DNA of 64,000 nt, from the NCBI GenBank assembly GCA_036504055.1, contig DASXVU010000004.1, positions 28,202-92,201 on the forward strand, given 5' to 3'. Every line of letters starts with the position of its first letter. Positions within the stretch are counted from its first letter, which is position 1. Under the pieces are notes generated by a model. It saw only the letters and a program-made list of their open reading frames with translations. It was not told where the DNA came from and searched no databases. A program made the translations under genes and the position numbers. Source of the DNA: Methanomassiliicoccales archaeon. GTDB taxonomy: Archaea > Thermoplasmatota > Thermoplasmata > Methanomassiliicoccales > UBA472. Of the stretch, positions 55,343-64,000 are shown one piece after another.

Positions 55343-55407
55343 GAAAGGGAGATATCTGGACTGGTAAATCTAGGTTTTGGAAAGTGGGTTCTGGGCCCAA
55401 TGATGAT

Positions 55408-57705
55408 CTATTTACGCCCCTCGCGCGGGATGGTGAAATGGAATGTGGCCCCCTTCCCTTCCTCTGATTCCACCCAGATGCGCCCTCCGTGCCTTTCCAC
55501 GATCTTCTTGGCGATGGCCAACCCGACCCCGGTGCCCGGATACTTGTCTTTGGTGTGCAGCCTCTGGAACATCTGGAAGATCCGGTCCGAGTACTCGACG
55601 TTCAGTCCGATCCCGTTATCCTTGACCGAGAAGGTCCATTCCCTCTCCCCCTGGTTGGCGGTGATGTGGACCATCGGCCTATCCGGCCCACGGAACTTAA
55701 TGGCGTTCGCGACCAGGTTCTGCATCACCTGTCGCATCTGCGTTCCATCCGCCCTTATGTCCGGCAAAGGACCCACGAAGATGTCCGCCTTGCTCTCGTC
55801 GATGGGCACCTTCAGTACCTTTATGGTGTCTTCCAGCACCTCGCCCATGTCGACCACCGTGAACTCTTTCCCTTTGGTATCGACCCTCGAGTATTCCAAC
55901 AGATCATCGATCAATTGGCGCATTCTTGCCCCGCCCTCCAGGGCATTACCGATGTATTCTTGGGCCTTCGGATCCAATTGGTCCTTGTACTTCCTCTCCA
56001 GCAAAGAAAGGTAGCTGACCACCATGCGCAACGGCTCCTGCAGGTCGTGCGAGGACAGATAGGCGAATTGTTGCAGTTCAGCATTGGAACGGGTCAGGTT
56101 CTCCTCGATGATCTTCTGCTCGGTTATGTTGATGTTCACCCCGACCCAGCCGAGGATCGTCCCATCATCGTCCCGGATAGGGGCACCTCTGGAAAGGACA
56201 TATCGGTATTGACCGTCCTTCCCCCTGATGTGATGCGTATAGTTCCAGAAATCTCCGGACTGAATGGTCTTGGTCCAGGCGGCCGTGGTCTTCTCCACCG
56301 TTTCAGGATCAAGGGTATCGAGCCAGCCTAACTTGAGCAGGGACTCCTCGTTCTTCCCGACCATCTCGCAGAATGATCGACTTATGAATGTCGTTTCGCC
56401 TTGAGCGTTGGCTGTCCAGACACCGTATGGAATCAATTCGCCGATGCTACGGTACATCTTTTCGCTATTCCTGAGCTTTTCCTCCGCTTTCTTGCCTTCG
56501 GTGATGTCCTCGGAAATGGAGACAAAGTACCCTTTTCGAGGGGAGTAGACGGAATAGTGAAACCATTTCTTTTCAGAGATGGAGTAGGTTTCAAAATCTA
56601 CCGGGTCTTCGGTGAGGGCGACATGGCCGAACTTGCCGATGGGGTCGGTTGGATCGTTCTCGATGCCAGGATGCACCATGGTTGCCTTGCTCCCGATAAC
56701 GTCTTCTTTCTGCACACCGTGGTTCTGCTCGAACGCCGGGTTTACATCGAGGTAAGTGAAATCCACTGGTTTACCGATCTTGTCCATGATGATCTCGCAG
56801 TAAGCGAACCCGTTCAGCATTTTGGCGAACAGGGTAGCTATCTGTTCACGATCATTCTTGAATGCGTCGGCCCATCTTTGTGATATCCCGGAGCGGGAGC
56901 CCTCCCCTGGACTCCGGTTAAGGACCGCGAGAATGAAGAAAATACCGGATAGATAAAGGCCCAATCGTCCGCACCAATTGACCGATTCCCCGATCTTTAT
57001 GGTGAAGATTATGCCGATCAACGAGACCCCGAAAGAGACCAAACCAAGGGAATACCAGTACAGCAAGGGTGATCTGGTCCTGATAAAGGTCCAACCGAAC
57101 AGCACGCAGCTTACCGAAAGAAGTCCCGCCGACGTTGCCAATACCGCTTGACGCCATATGGTCGAACCACCACTGGTGAAGAAGACTGGGAAGAGGTTGG
57201 CAATCGATGCCATGATCACAACAATGATCAAGACAAATGCTGCTGAGTATGATCCCAAGAGGATGAACCTTCGAGAGGCGCCGGACCAATTCCTTTCTTT
57301 GGGTATCAATAGCAGAATGGCCCCTATGAACAAAAGGAATGAGGCGAAAAGGATGCCCAGGTTGCCCATGGTGACCGCCTCATTGGGGTCTATGTTTGAA
57401 CCTAAGGAAGGTGTGACGGCCCATTGGGCGAGCATCAGTAAAGAACCGCTGACCATTGGCGCGATGCCGACGAGCAACGTATTGAGCGAGCCGGACATCA
57501 AGTAGGCCCTTGCTGAGACGATGGCAAGTAAAATGCTTACCATGAATACGAAAATGAACTGCAGGATCAATGCCAGATATGGAGGGTCGAATATCGGTCC
57601 TCTGAAACCGACCAATGCCAAGAGCCCGGCCAAGACGGCTATGATTGCGACTGGTACTAAGCCGACGATCTTCAATCGCTCCTGCGATCTAGTAATGGCC
57701 ACCAT
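55408..57705 (-). CDS. Membrane sensor histidine kinase (polytopic N-terminus, PAS domains, HisKA, HATPase_c)
   Basis: 765 aa with about eight N-terminal hydrophobic helices and two PAS-like regions. H-box FAYLSSHDLQEPL, N-box VMQNLVANAIKF, DNGIG and GTGVGLAI. Confidence 0.85.
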   Translation of the reverse strand: MVAITRSQERLKIVGLVPVAIIAVLAGLLALVGFRGPIFDPPYLALILQFIFVFMVSILLAIVSARAYLMSGSLNTLLVGIAPMVSGSLLMLAQWAVTPSLGSNIDPNEAVTMGNLGILFASFLLFIGAILLLIPKERNWSGASRRFILLGSYSAAFVLIIVVIMASIANLFPVFFTSGGSTIWRQAVLATSAGLLSVSCVLFGWTFIRTRSPLLYWYSLGLVSFGVSLIGIIFTIKIGESVNWCGRLGLYLSGIFFILAVLNRSPGEGSRSGISQRWADAFKNDREQIATLFAKMLNGFAYCEIIMDKIGKPVDFTYLDVNPAFEQNHGVQKEDVIGSKATMVHPGIENDPTDPIGKFGHVALTEDPVDFETYSISEKKWFHYSVYSPRKGYFVSISEDITEGKKAEEKLRNSEKMYRSIGELIPYGVWTANAQGETTFISRSFCEMVGKNEESLLKLGWLDTLDPETVEKTTAAWTKTIQSGDFWNYTHHIRGKDGQYRYVLSRGAPIRDDDGTILGWVGVNINITEQKIIEENLTRSNAELQQFAYLSSHDLQEPLRMVVSYLSLLERKYKDQLDPKAQEYIGNALEGGARMRQLIDDLLEYSRVDTKGKEFTVVDMGEVLEDTIKVLKVPIDESKADIFVGPLPDIRADGTQMRQVMQNLVANAIKFRGPDRPMVHITANQGEREWTFSVKDNGIGLNVEYSDRIFQMFQRLHTKDKYPGTGVGLAIAKKIVERHGGRIWVESEEGKGATFHFTIPREGRK

Positions 57706-57961
57706 ATTCCCACCTCGTTCACCGAATGGATTGAGAATAGTTATGGACTATTTATCAATTCAAGAGGGTCCGGCCATGGACTCGGTGTTACGTCGATATT
57801 GACCGGGTCAAAAACAGGGATATGGATGGATACTGCCGTTCTGGACCAATTCAGATATTCCTTGATAGGCCGGTCATTCTATCATCGGCTGTGGAAGAAA
57901 TGAGCATATGAAGCGGACCGATGGGAGCAGATAGCGATCGAGAGCTCAAAAGGAATATAAT

Positions 57962-58297
57962 TCAATGGCAAGAGCACCCATCGCCCACTGGGGAAATAGG
58001 AAGCGCATAGACCCTGGAAAGAATTTCCTCCACCCCGACCCAGTCAGCGCACTCGACCACGTCGTCGGTGACCGGCGTGTCCTTGGCGAGCTCCCAGCAG
58101 TTATCAGGCGGAGAGGACTCGAACCGAAGAACGTACAACCTGAAGTTGCCCATGCCCGCTATCTTTTGTTTCGGTCCGGAAACGACCGACGCGCCGTAGT
58201 TGTTGGGGAATCGGTATATCTTGTGCAATCTGTTGCCCTCCATACAGCCGCAGACGCATTTTGCGTTCAGGTCTATCTCGTAGCTCTCATAACTCAT
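57962..58297 (-). CDS. Hypothetical protein
   Basis: The likely start is MSYESYEID at 58297, after GAAGG; the tracked ORF extends to 58360. Several Cys residues; no family recognised. Confidence 0.4.
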   Translation of the reverse strand: MSYESYEIDLNAKCVCGCMEGNRLHKIYRFPNNYGASVVSGPKQKIAGMGNFRLYVLRFESSPPDNCWELAKDTPVTDDVVECADWVGVEEILSRVYALPISPVGDGCSCH

Positions 58298-58322
58298 AAA
58301 CAAGCCTTCTTTCGTTGCCCCA

Positions 58323-59045
58323 TTACTTCTCGCCCTCGAATAGGATGGGTTCCTTGACATAGTACCGGCGGTCCTTCATCCCGGCATTCGTCTGGGTCGG
58401 TGCCACCAGCTTGAACCTGAAGGCTGGACCAAGCTCTTTGGCCCTGGCCCACTCGCTGAGGAAGTCGGCGGCGCCTCGAGCGTTCATCTCGACCGCCATC
58501 AACAACATGTCCATCAATTCCTCCTCCGGTATCCTGTCCTCGACCCCGGGGTCGTCGATATCGAAGAAAATCATCTCCCTTGCCAGACCGGGGATGTCCT
58601 TTCCACTTCTGGACAGGATGTCCTTGAACCGCGTGAAATCGATGTCGGACGGTTCCCTGCCAAGCATCTTCTTGACCGATTGAAACAAGGTCTCCGATTT
58701 TCCTGCCTCCCGGAGGATCTCGTCCACCGCCTCAGTGCTGGTCATCCCTGTGCTCGAATAGTAATCGACCACTTTGACGATGGGGTCCCTGGCCGTCACC
58801 GCCCGTTCGCATTCCTTGAGAAGTCGCAAGAGCATCCCGAGCTCGTTCACCGCCATCAGAAGGTTGGCGTACCTCAATCTCCGCCTGCCGGCATATTCCG
58901 ATTGCGCGGACAATGCCTTGTAGGCGTTCACATACTCAATCACATGACCGGCCAGTTCGAGCGCCTTCAGGTGGGCGGCATCGACCTTAAGCTCGAGATC
59001 GTCCTTTACACGGGACATTGGCTTTCGCATGGAGCGGCGGGTCAA
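58323..59045 (-). CDS. Hypothetical protein
   Basis: 240-aa ORF with host-like composition, predicted helical. No family recognised. Confidence 0.5.
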   Translation of the reverse strand: MTRRSMRKPMSRVKDDLELKVDAAHLKALELAGHVIEYVNAYKALSAQSEYAGRRRLRYANLLMAVNELGMLLRLLKECERAVTARDPIVKVVDYYSSTGMTSTEAVDEILREAGKSETLFQSVKKMLGREPSDIDFTRFKDILSRSGKDIPGLAREMIFFDIDDPGVEDRIPEEELMDMLLMAVEMNARGAADFLSEWARAKELGPAFRFKLVAPTQTNAGMKDRRYYVKEPILFEGEK

Positions 59046-59420
59046 TAATCTTTTCTAGCCACTGTCTGCGCCTGACACATCGCCTTTTGAATCGTGACAG
59101 GGATATTTTCTGTCAATCGGAAATCGAAATGTGAAAGGCAAGGGGCGTTTAACGATTAACAGGCCGAAAATATCGACATCCGTCATAGTAGCTTATCATT
59201 TGTGATACAGGAAACTTTTATCATTATATACCCCAAAAAGCACAACCACCTTTCGAAGTTCGCAGGGAAACGAACTTTAGGGTCAGAATCAAGGAGAAAT
59301 GGCCCTGGGATAAAGTGTCCAGACAATGGACAGGTTGGAGAAGAACATGAGCGATGGATTAGCGCAAGTTAGAGCCATAGTACTGAAGAACGATTTCCGG
59401 TCTATCGGGAGTGACGCCTG

Positions 59421-61700
59421 ATGGAGTCGAGTGCGGGAATTGAAGTGGGAAGCCCGTTAACCCTCGGCAACGAGAACGCGGAAGACCTGATCCGGAACCT
59501 TCCTGTCCCCGTCATACAACTCGACCCTTCCTTTGCCATCGTCCTCATGAACCCTGCGGCCCTCAAGCTTGTGGGGAAGACCGAAGAACAGGTCATGGGA
59601 CGTAAGTGCAGGGACGTCATGGGACCGTTGTGCAACAAGAAGGACTGCATGGCCGAAAGATCTCTGAGAAAAGGAGAGACGGTGACAGAGGAGATCTCTT
59701 TCAGTTTGTCGGGCCGGGACCACACCTACAAGATCGTGTCCGTTCCTCTGAGGACGCTCGTGGGGAACGTCCAAGGAGTGGTTGAACACTTCACGGATAT
59801 GAACATGGAGATGGAGATCGTCAAGGATGCGATGGCCATCGGGAACGCGGCCGTCCGAGGAGACCTCTCCGTGCGATGCGACCTGAACAAGTACGAGGGC
59901 GCTTGCAAGCTGGTGGCAAAAAGCTTCAACACTTCCATGGAGTCGGTTCTGAAGCCATTGAGGATGGCCAATGAGGGATTTCAGAAGCTTGCCGAAGGCG
60001 CAACCCCGGACATGATTGTTGAGGAATGGGATGCTGACCTTAAGAAACTGAAGGATAGCATCAACATGGTCAGAACGACCATCTCGGCCCGGTCAAGGGA
60101 CATCGAGATGCTCATCAACGCGGCAGACGAAGGCCACCTGAGCGTCAGGGCCGACATCTCCAAGTATGTGGGGTATAACGGCGTTCAGGTGGGCGGTATA
60201 AACCGCATGCTTGACAGAATGGTCCACCAGATGGACTTTGCCATCGACTCGTTCGATGCACTGGCGAAGGGAGAAACCCCCAAACGGATCGAGGAGGTCT
60301 GGAAGGGCGACTATGAAAGGATGAGGCTGGCGGTGAACACGGTCGCCAACAACGTTTCCATGCGCTCCAAGGACATCGATATGCTCATCAACGCGGTGCA
60401 CGAAGGGGATCTGAGCGTCAGGGCCGATGCCAGCAAATACATCGGTTATAACGGGAAACAGATCGAGGGTTTGAACGCCATCCTGGAGAACATGCGCCGC
60501 CCTCTGATGGAATCGATACGATTGGCGGAGGCCTACGGCAGCGGAGACCTTACCGCCAGGACGGAATTGGAAACCAAGGGGGACTTCCATAAGCTGGCCT
60601 TGGCGTTGGACAACGTCGGCCAGAACCTCATGGAACTGGTGGGCGACGTCCGACAGGCGGTAGAGGTCGTCTCCGCCACCTCACAAGAGCTCGCTTCCTC
60701 GGCTGAAGAGATGAACGCCAGCACGGAACAGGTGGCATCGGCCATTCAACACATCAGCAAGGGTGCGCAGAACCAATCGCTGCAGGTCGATGAATCGGCC
60801 CGATCGATGAAGATGATCGCCCAGTCAGTGGAGGATGCACACAAACAGACCAACATGGCCTCTGGACTGGCCAAGGGAGCCACCGACAAGGCCGCCTCCG
60901 GGATGGTCACGGTCGACGGCACGGTCAAGAAGATGGAGATCATCCAGAAGGTCGTCTCCGAAAGTGCCGGGGCGATCGAGAGGCTGGGCAAGAGGTCCGA
61001 GGAGATCGGCGAGATCGTTGACGTGATAACCAACATCTCCGAGCAGACGAATCTGCTCGCGCTCAACGCCGCCATTGAGGCGGCGCGTGCCGGGGACCAG
61101 GGACGAGGATTCGCGGTCGTTGCCGAAGAGGTGAAGAACCTTGCCGAGGACTCCCGCGAGGCCGCTGAGCGCATTGCCAAGATGATCCGTGAGGTTCAGA
61201 ACGACACATCCAAGGCCGTCGAGGCGATGAAACGGGGTACCGCCGAGACCGCCGAGGGCATGAGCCAAGTGGGACTCACCGGTAAGGCGTTCAAGGAGAT
61301 CCTGGAAATAACCAAACAGTTCGTTGGGTCGATGGAGGAGCTCACCAAGCAGATGGTCAGCCAAAGTCAGGACGCCCTCAGCGCCGCAAAGGCTGTGGAC
61401 GGAATCTCCAGCATATCGGAGGAGACCGCATCGGCCAGCGAGGAATCGGCCGCATCCACACAGGAACTGACGGCCAGCATGGAGGATCTCACCGCCCGGG
61501 CGCAATCGTTGTCAGAGATGGCGACGAACATGGAACGGTCCATATCTCAGTTCATCATCGAAGAGAAGACCGTGGCAAGACCGGCCGCCCGACCCAAGGC
61601 GTCAGATCGGCCTAGAGATCAGCCTGCGGTCAAGGTGCCGGAGAATGTCAGGAAGGCACTGGACAGAAAAGGAGTGGGGGCCCAGAAAGGAAGGGCGTGA
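59421..61700 (+). CDS. Soluble methyl-accepting chemotaxis protein (PAS, repeated helical modules, HAMP-like region, MCP signalling domain)
   Basis: 759 aa with no TM helix. N-terminal PAS ([23 protein letters not shown]). Three 91-aa repeats begin at G(D/H)LSVR. The highly conserved MCP hairpin is [36 protein letters not shown]. Confidence 0.85.
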   Translation: MESSAGIEVGSPLTLGNENAEDLIRNLPVPVIQLDPSFAIVLMNPAALKLVGKTEEQVMGRKCRDVMGPLCNKKDCMAERSLRKGETVTEEISFSLSGRDHTYKIVSVPLRTLVGNVQGVVEHFTDMNMEMEIVKDAMAIGNAAVRGDLSVRCDLNKYEGACKLVAKSFNTSMESVLKPLRMANEGFQKLAEGATPDMIVEEWDADLKKLKDSINMVRTTISARSRDIEMLINAADEGHLSVRADISKYVGYNGVQVGGINRMLDRMVHQMDFAIDSFDALAKGETPKRIEEVWKGDYERMRLAVNTVANNVSMRSKDIDMLINAVHEGDLSVRADASKYIGYNGKQIEGLNAILENMRRPLMESIRLAEAYGSGDLTARTELETKGDFHKLALALDNVGQNLMELVGDVRQAVEVVSATSQELASSAEEMNASTEQVASAIQHISKGAQNQSLQVDESARSMKMIAQSVEDAHKQTNMASGLAKGATDKAASGMVTVDGTVKKMEIIQKVVSESAGAIERLGKRSEEIGEIVDVITNISEQTNLLALNAAIEAARAGDQGRGFAVVAEEVKNLAEDSREAAERIAKMIREVQNDTSKAVEAMKRGTAETAEGMSQVGLTGKAFKEILEITKQFVGSMEELTKQMVSQSQDALSAAKAVDGISSISEETASASEESAASTQELTASMEDLTARAQSLSEMATNMERSISQFIIEEKTVARPAARPKASDRPRDQPAVKVPENVRKALDRKGVGAQKGRA

Positions 61701-61917
61701 AATCGGTCGGGCGATACCGGGATCAAGCTCGTGATCGAGCGCATAAGCGAGGTCTGATGATTTGACCGAGCCTTATCCTATCCGCCCCGTGGGGCCGGTT
61801 GGGATACGATGCTTCGGGTCCTTGTGCCAGGCATTCGCCAGAAACCTCTTTTAAATCAATTTAATAATTGAGTCTGTTTCGTATGATATTAATAATCGAT
61901 GGTCAGATAGTTGCATT

Positions 61918-62331
61918 ATGAGACTATATTGGGCTGCCGGGATTCTGATAGTTCTAGGTGCAATCGTGGCTGCCGCTCCCTGGACCTTCGCTCCTGTCTG
62001 CGAGCTGCAGAACATGTGGGTCCAGACCACCAGCGGCAAGCTGTTACCCATGCCTTGCGGATACACTGCGAGGGGGGAACTCGGAGTTGGATCAATGATC
62101 GTTTTCAGCGGGGCCGCGCTGATGTTCGTAAAGAACGTCAATCCGAGGAGGGCTGTCGGCGCGTTCGCTGGAGCCCTTGGTGCATTGGCCATTGCGTTTC
62201 CGACATATCTGACGGGGATGTGTGCGGTAGCCTCCCACTCTTGCCGGACCACCACCGAGCCTACCCTCATATTGTCTGGCCTGGCCACCATTGCCGTGGG
62301 TGCCGGTCTGGTGCTGATGAGACAAAAATGA
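61918..62331 (+). CDS. Four-helix membrane protein with conserved Cys (DUF4418-like)
   Basis: 137 aa with hydrophobic helices and Cys residues in FAPVCE, MPCGY, GMCAVASHSC. Confidence 0.55.
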   Translation: MRLYWAAGILIVLGAIVAAAPWTFAPVCELQNMWVQTTSGKLLPMPCGYTARGELGVGSMIVFSGAALMFVKNVNPRRAVGAFAGALGALAIAFPTYLTGMCAVASHSCRTTTEPTLILSGLATIAVGAGLVLMRQK

Positions 62332-62345
62332 ACGAGGAATCCAAT

Positions 62346-62612
62346 TCAGATGCGCTTCTTGTACTCGGTCAGGAGCGCTTCTGAATACTCCTTCTCCGCC
62401 ATCGGCGGAACGTAGTCACGTTCCTTCACCCGGTTCAGCAGCTGGTCCTTGATCTCCGCATCGTTATCAATGTTCAACGACAGGACCTCGTTCATCACAT
62501 CGTCCAGGCATGATATCCCCACATCCTTTCCGCCAACGCTCAGCGTTGCGGTCTCGTTGATCGGGAACTCCAGCTGGTCTCCGCAACGATGGCACTCCTT
62601 CTTCTCCGTCAT
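62346..62612 (-). CDS. Hypothetical small protein
   Basis: 88-aa ORF with an N-terminal CHRCG motif. No family recognised. Confidence 0.45.
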   Translation of the reverse strand: MTEKKECHRCGDQLEFPINETATLSVGGKDVGISCLDDVMNEVLSLNIDNDAEIKDQLLNRVKERDYVPPMAEKEYSEALLTEYKKRI

Positions 62613-62774
62613 CAGCTAATCTCCAGTACATGACTTGGTCTCGGGCGAGTTAAAATGATATCGTTTCCCGGTTCGCACGGACGCGAAGAAGGAAAGGCCC
62701 TGCGGCCGTTCCAAATGACGTTTTTGCCGTGATCAGAACGGCCATCCGCACACTTTACGATCGGAGGAGGACAG

Positions 62775-62984
62775 TTAATCCTTCAGGTCCTTGGATTCTA
62801 CCTCTCCACCATACATGAACTTCTTTTCCAAGAGCGGTGTTCTGCATGAAGGGCACACGAACGTGCTCCTCTTGGCCGCCATTATGAATATCGCCGAACC
62901 GAACTTGTCATTGGGCCTCAGCTCCGATGGTTCCTCGACAAGTTCAGATTCCTCCCCTTCCCAACCACACTTTGGACACTTCAT
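62775..62984 (-). CDS. Small Zn-ribbon protein
   Basis: 69 aa. MKCPKCGW...CPSCRTPL gives four Cys ligands. Confidence 0.5.
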   Translation of the reverse strand: MKCPKCGWEGEESELVEEPSELRPNDKFGSAIFIMAAKRSTFVCPSCRTPLLEKKFMYGGEVESKDLKD

Positions 62985-63124
62985 ATTCCCACCTTCGATC
63001 CTAGGGAATGTCGGTTTATAATTTTTTGTGGCCTTGCCACGGATTTCCTATCCGATAAAGTGAAATATCGGGCTAGCAGAACAAGAGTAAGGATATTGCA
63101 TTCATGATCCCGGAAAGTATCAGA

Positions 63125-63733
63125 TCATAGTATCGGAACGATGATCACTGCCGCGTGATGGACATAGTCGATAGCACCCCTCATTATGAACTCCACCGCC
63201 ATGGCAGCCAGAAGCAGGCCGATTATCTTTGAGAATATTTCGATCGCCTGGTTGCCGATTATCTTGATGATCGATGCGGCGTTCCTCAGGAGAACCCAGG
63301 TAATGATCAGGGAGAAGACACCCGCGATCAGAGTGGTCAACAGATCAAATCTCGCGACCAGCAATATCGCCGTTGTGATGACGCCCGGCCCGGTCAGGAT
63401 CGGAGTGGCGATGATGACCCAGGCGACATCGGCGTCCTGGTTCTTTGTGAGGCTGAGACTGAAGATGATCTCGATCGCCATAAGCAGCAGAACGATGCCG
63501 CCTGCGATGCGGAACCCGTCCAAGGTGACACTGAACACGGCCAGTAGGTTGGTGCCAAGGATGGCGAAGATCGCGAACAGAAGTGCAGCCACCAGGACCG
63601 CCCGGTTGGCGGAAGTTGTCTTCTGGTTATCATCCAGGTCCTTGGTCATACAGATAAATATGGGGATGCTCGCGAATGGGTCGAATATGAAGAACAGCAG
63701 CGTGGCCGCGTAGATCAACCCATTTAAGTCCAT
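63125..63733 (-). CDS. MarC family (UPF0056/NAAT) integral membrane protein
   Basis: 202 aa with six helices. N-terminal FFIFDPFASIPIFI and the central ATPILTGPGVITT motif. Confidence 0.8.
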   Translation of the reverse strand: MDLNGLIYAATLLFFIFDPFASIPIFICMTKDLDDNQKTTSANRAVLVAALLFAIFAILGTNLLAVFSVTLDGFRIAGGIVLLLMAIEIIFSLSLTKNQDADVAWVIIATPILTGPGVITTAILLVARFDLLTTLIAGVFSLIITWVLLRNAASIIKIIGNQAIEIFSKIIGLLLAAMAVEFIMRGAIDYVHHAAVIIVPIL

Positions 63734-64000
63734 CAGTCCATAGATTCTGAGGGGCCATATAATGCTTTTTGAGCCCCGTCAAGTAAACAGAAAGTCCATG
63801 GGGTTCCCGGGTGACGAAAGAAAGGCAGGGTATGAGCATGGGAGATGTCTATCAAATGGTCTGGAATACCATAATGCCTGGAGCTATCTCTTAAGCTTAT
63901 TTTGAGGCGTATCCGGTTGCCGGACGCTATTCTGTGCCTGATCGGATCCTGCTTGGCCTTTCGGAGGATTTTCGATGTCAGCCGATCAAGATGCAGGATT

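Noticed and set aside
54596-56014. A 472-aa plus-strand ORF spanning hisD and the histidine kinase gene.
   Set aside because: It lies antisense to two well-supported genes and crosses their intergenic gap. No motifs.
1-64000. CRISPR arrays, rRNA genes and additional complete tRNA genes.
   Set aside because: I noticed no regularly spaced 25-40-bp direct repeats and no rRNA-like conserved blocks. Apart from tRNA-Ala, the only tRNA-like sequences I noticed are the 19-nt attR copy of its 3' end and the T-arm fragment at 21437. A by-eye scan can miss degenerate arrays.

Overview
This is a GC-rich, densely coding archaeal chromosome segment. The archaeal call rests on SRP54, TrmY, an archaeal-type PPAT, a COG1340 coiled-coil protein, a KaiC-like ATPase, TATA-box-like promoters and frequent overlapping start/stop codons. 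All protein family calls come from reading motifs in the supplied translations; no database search was run.

Housekeeping genes I recognise:
- purB, hisD, thiM-thiE, amt, a PiT phosphate transporter with its DUF47 partner, cysteine synthase, mntP, an aminotransferase and homospermidine synthase
- a three-gene DsrE/F/H-like operon
- several signalling genes: three receiver-domain proteins, a membrane PAS histidine kinase and a soluble MCP

The main accessory feature is an integrated element of about 12.9 kb (14532-27429).
- It sits in the 3' end of an intact tRNA-Ala(CGC) and is bounded by a perfect 19-bp direct repeat.
- It encodes a tyrosine integrase and a primase-polymerase/P-loop helicase fusion.
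- A translationally coupled operon of small genes includes an RHH gene missing from the ORF track. An AbrB-like gene elsewhere in the element is also missing from the track.
- Further ORFs are a 424-aa orphan, two single-pass surface proteins flanking a second, catalytic-domain-only tyrosine recombinase, and an ORF-poor 0.8-kb repeat-bearing region.
- Next to attR lies a tail-to-tail pair of paralogous cytoplasmic trypsin-like proteases and an HNH endonuclease.
- I see no recognisable capsid, terminase or conjugation genes.

The best candidates for an undescribed system are the cargo modules of this element: the protease pair with HNH, and the short recombinase with its palindromic repeats and surface proteins. 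Their functions cannot be established from sequence alone. I found no CRISPR array and no rRNA gene.
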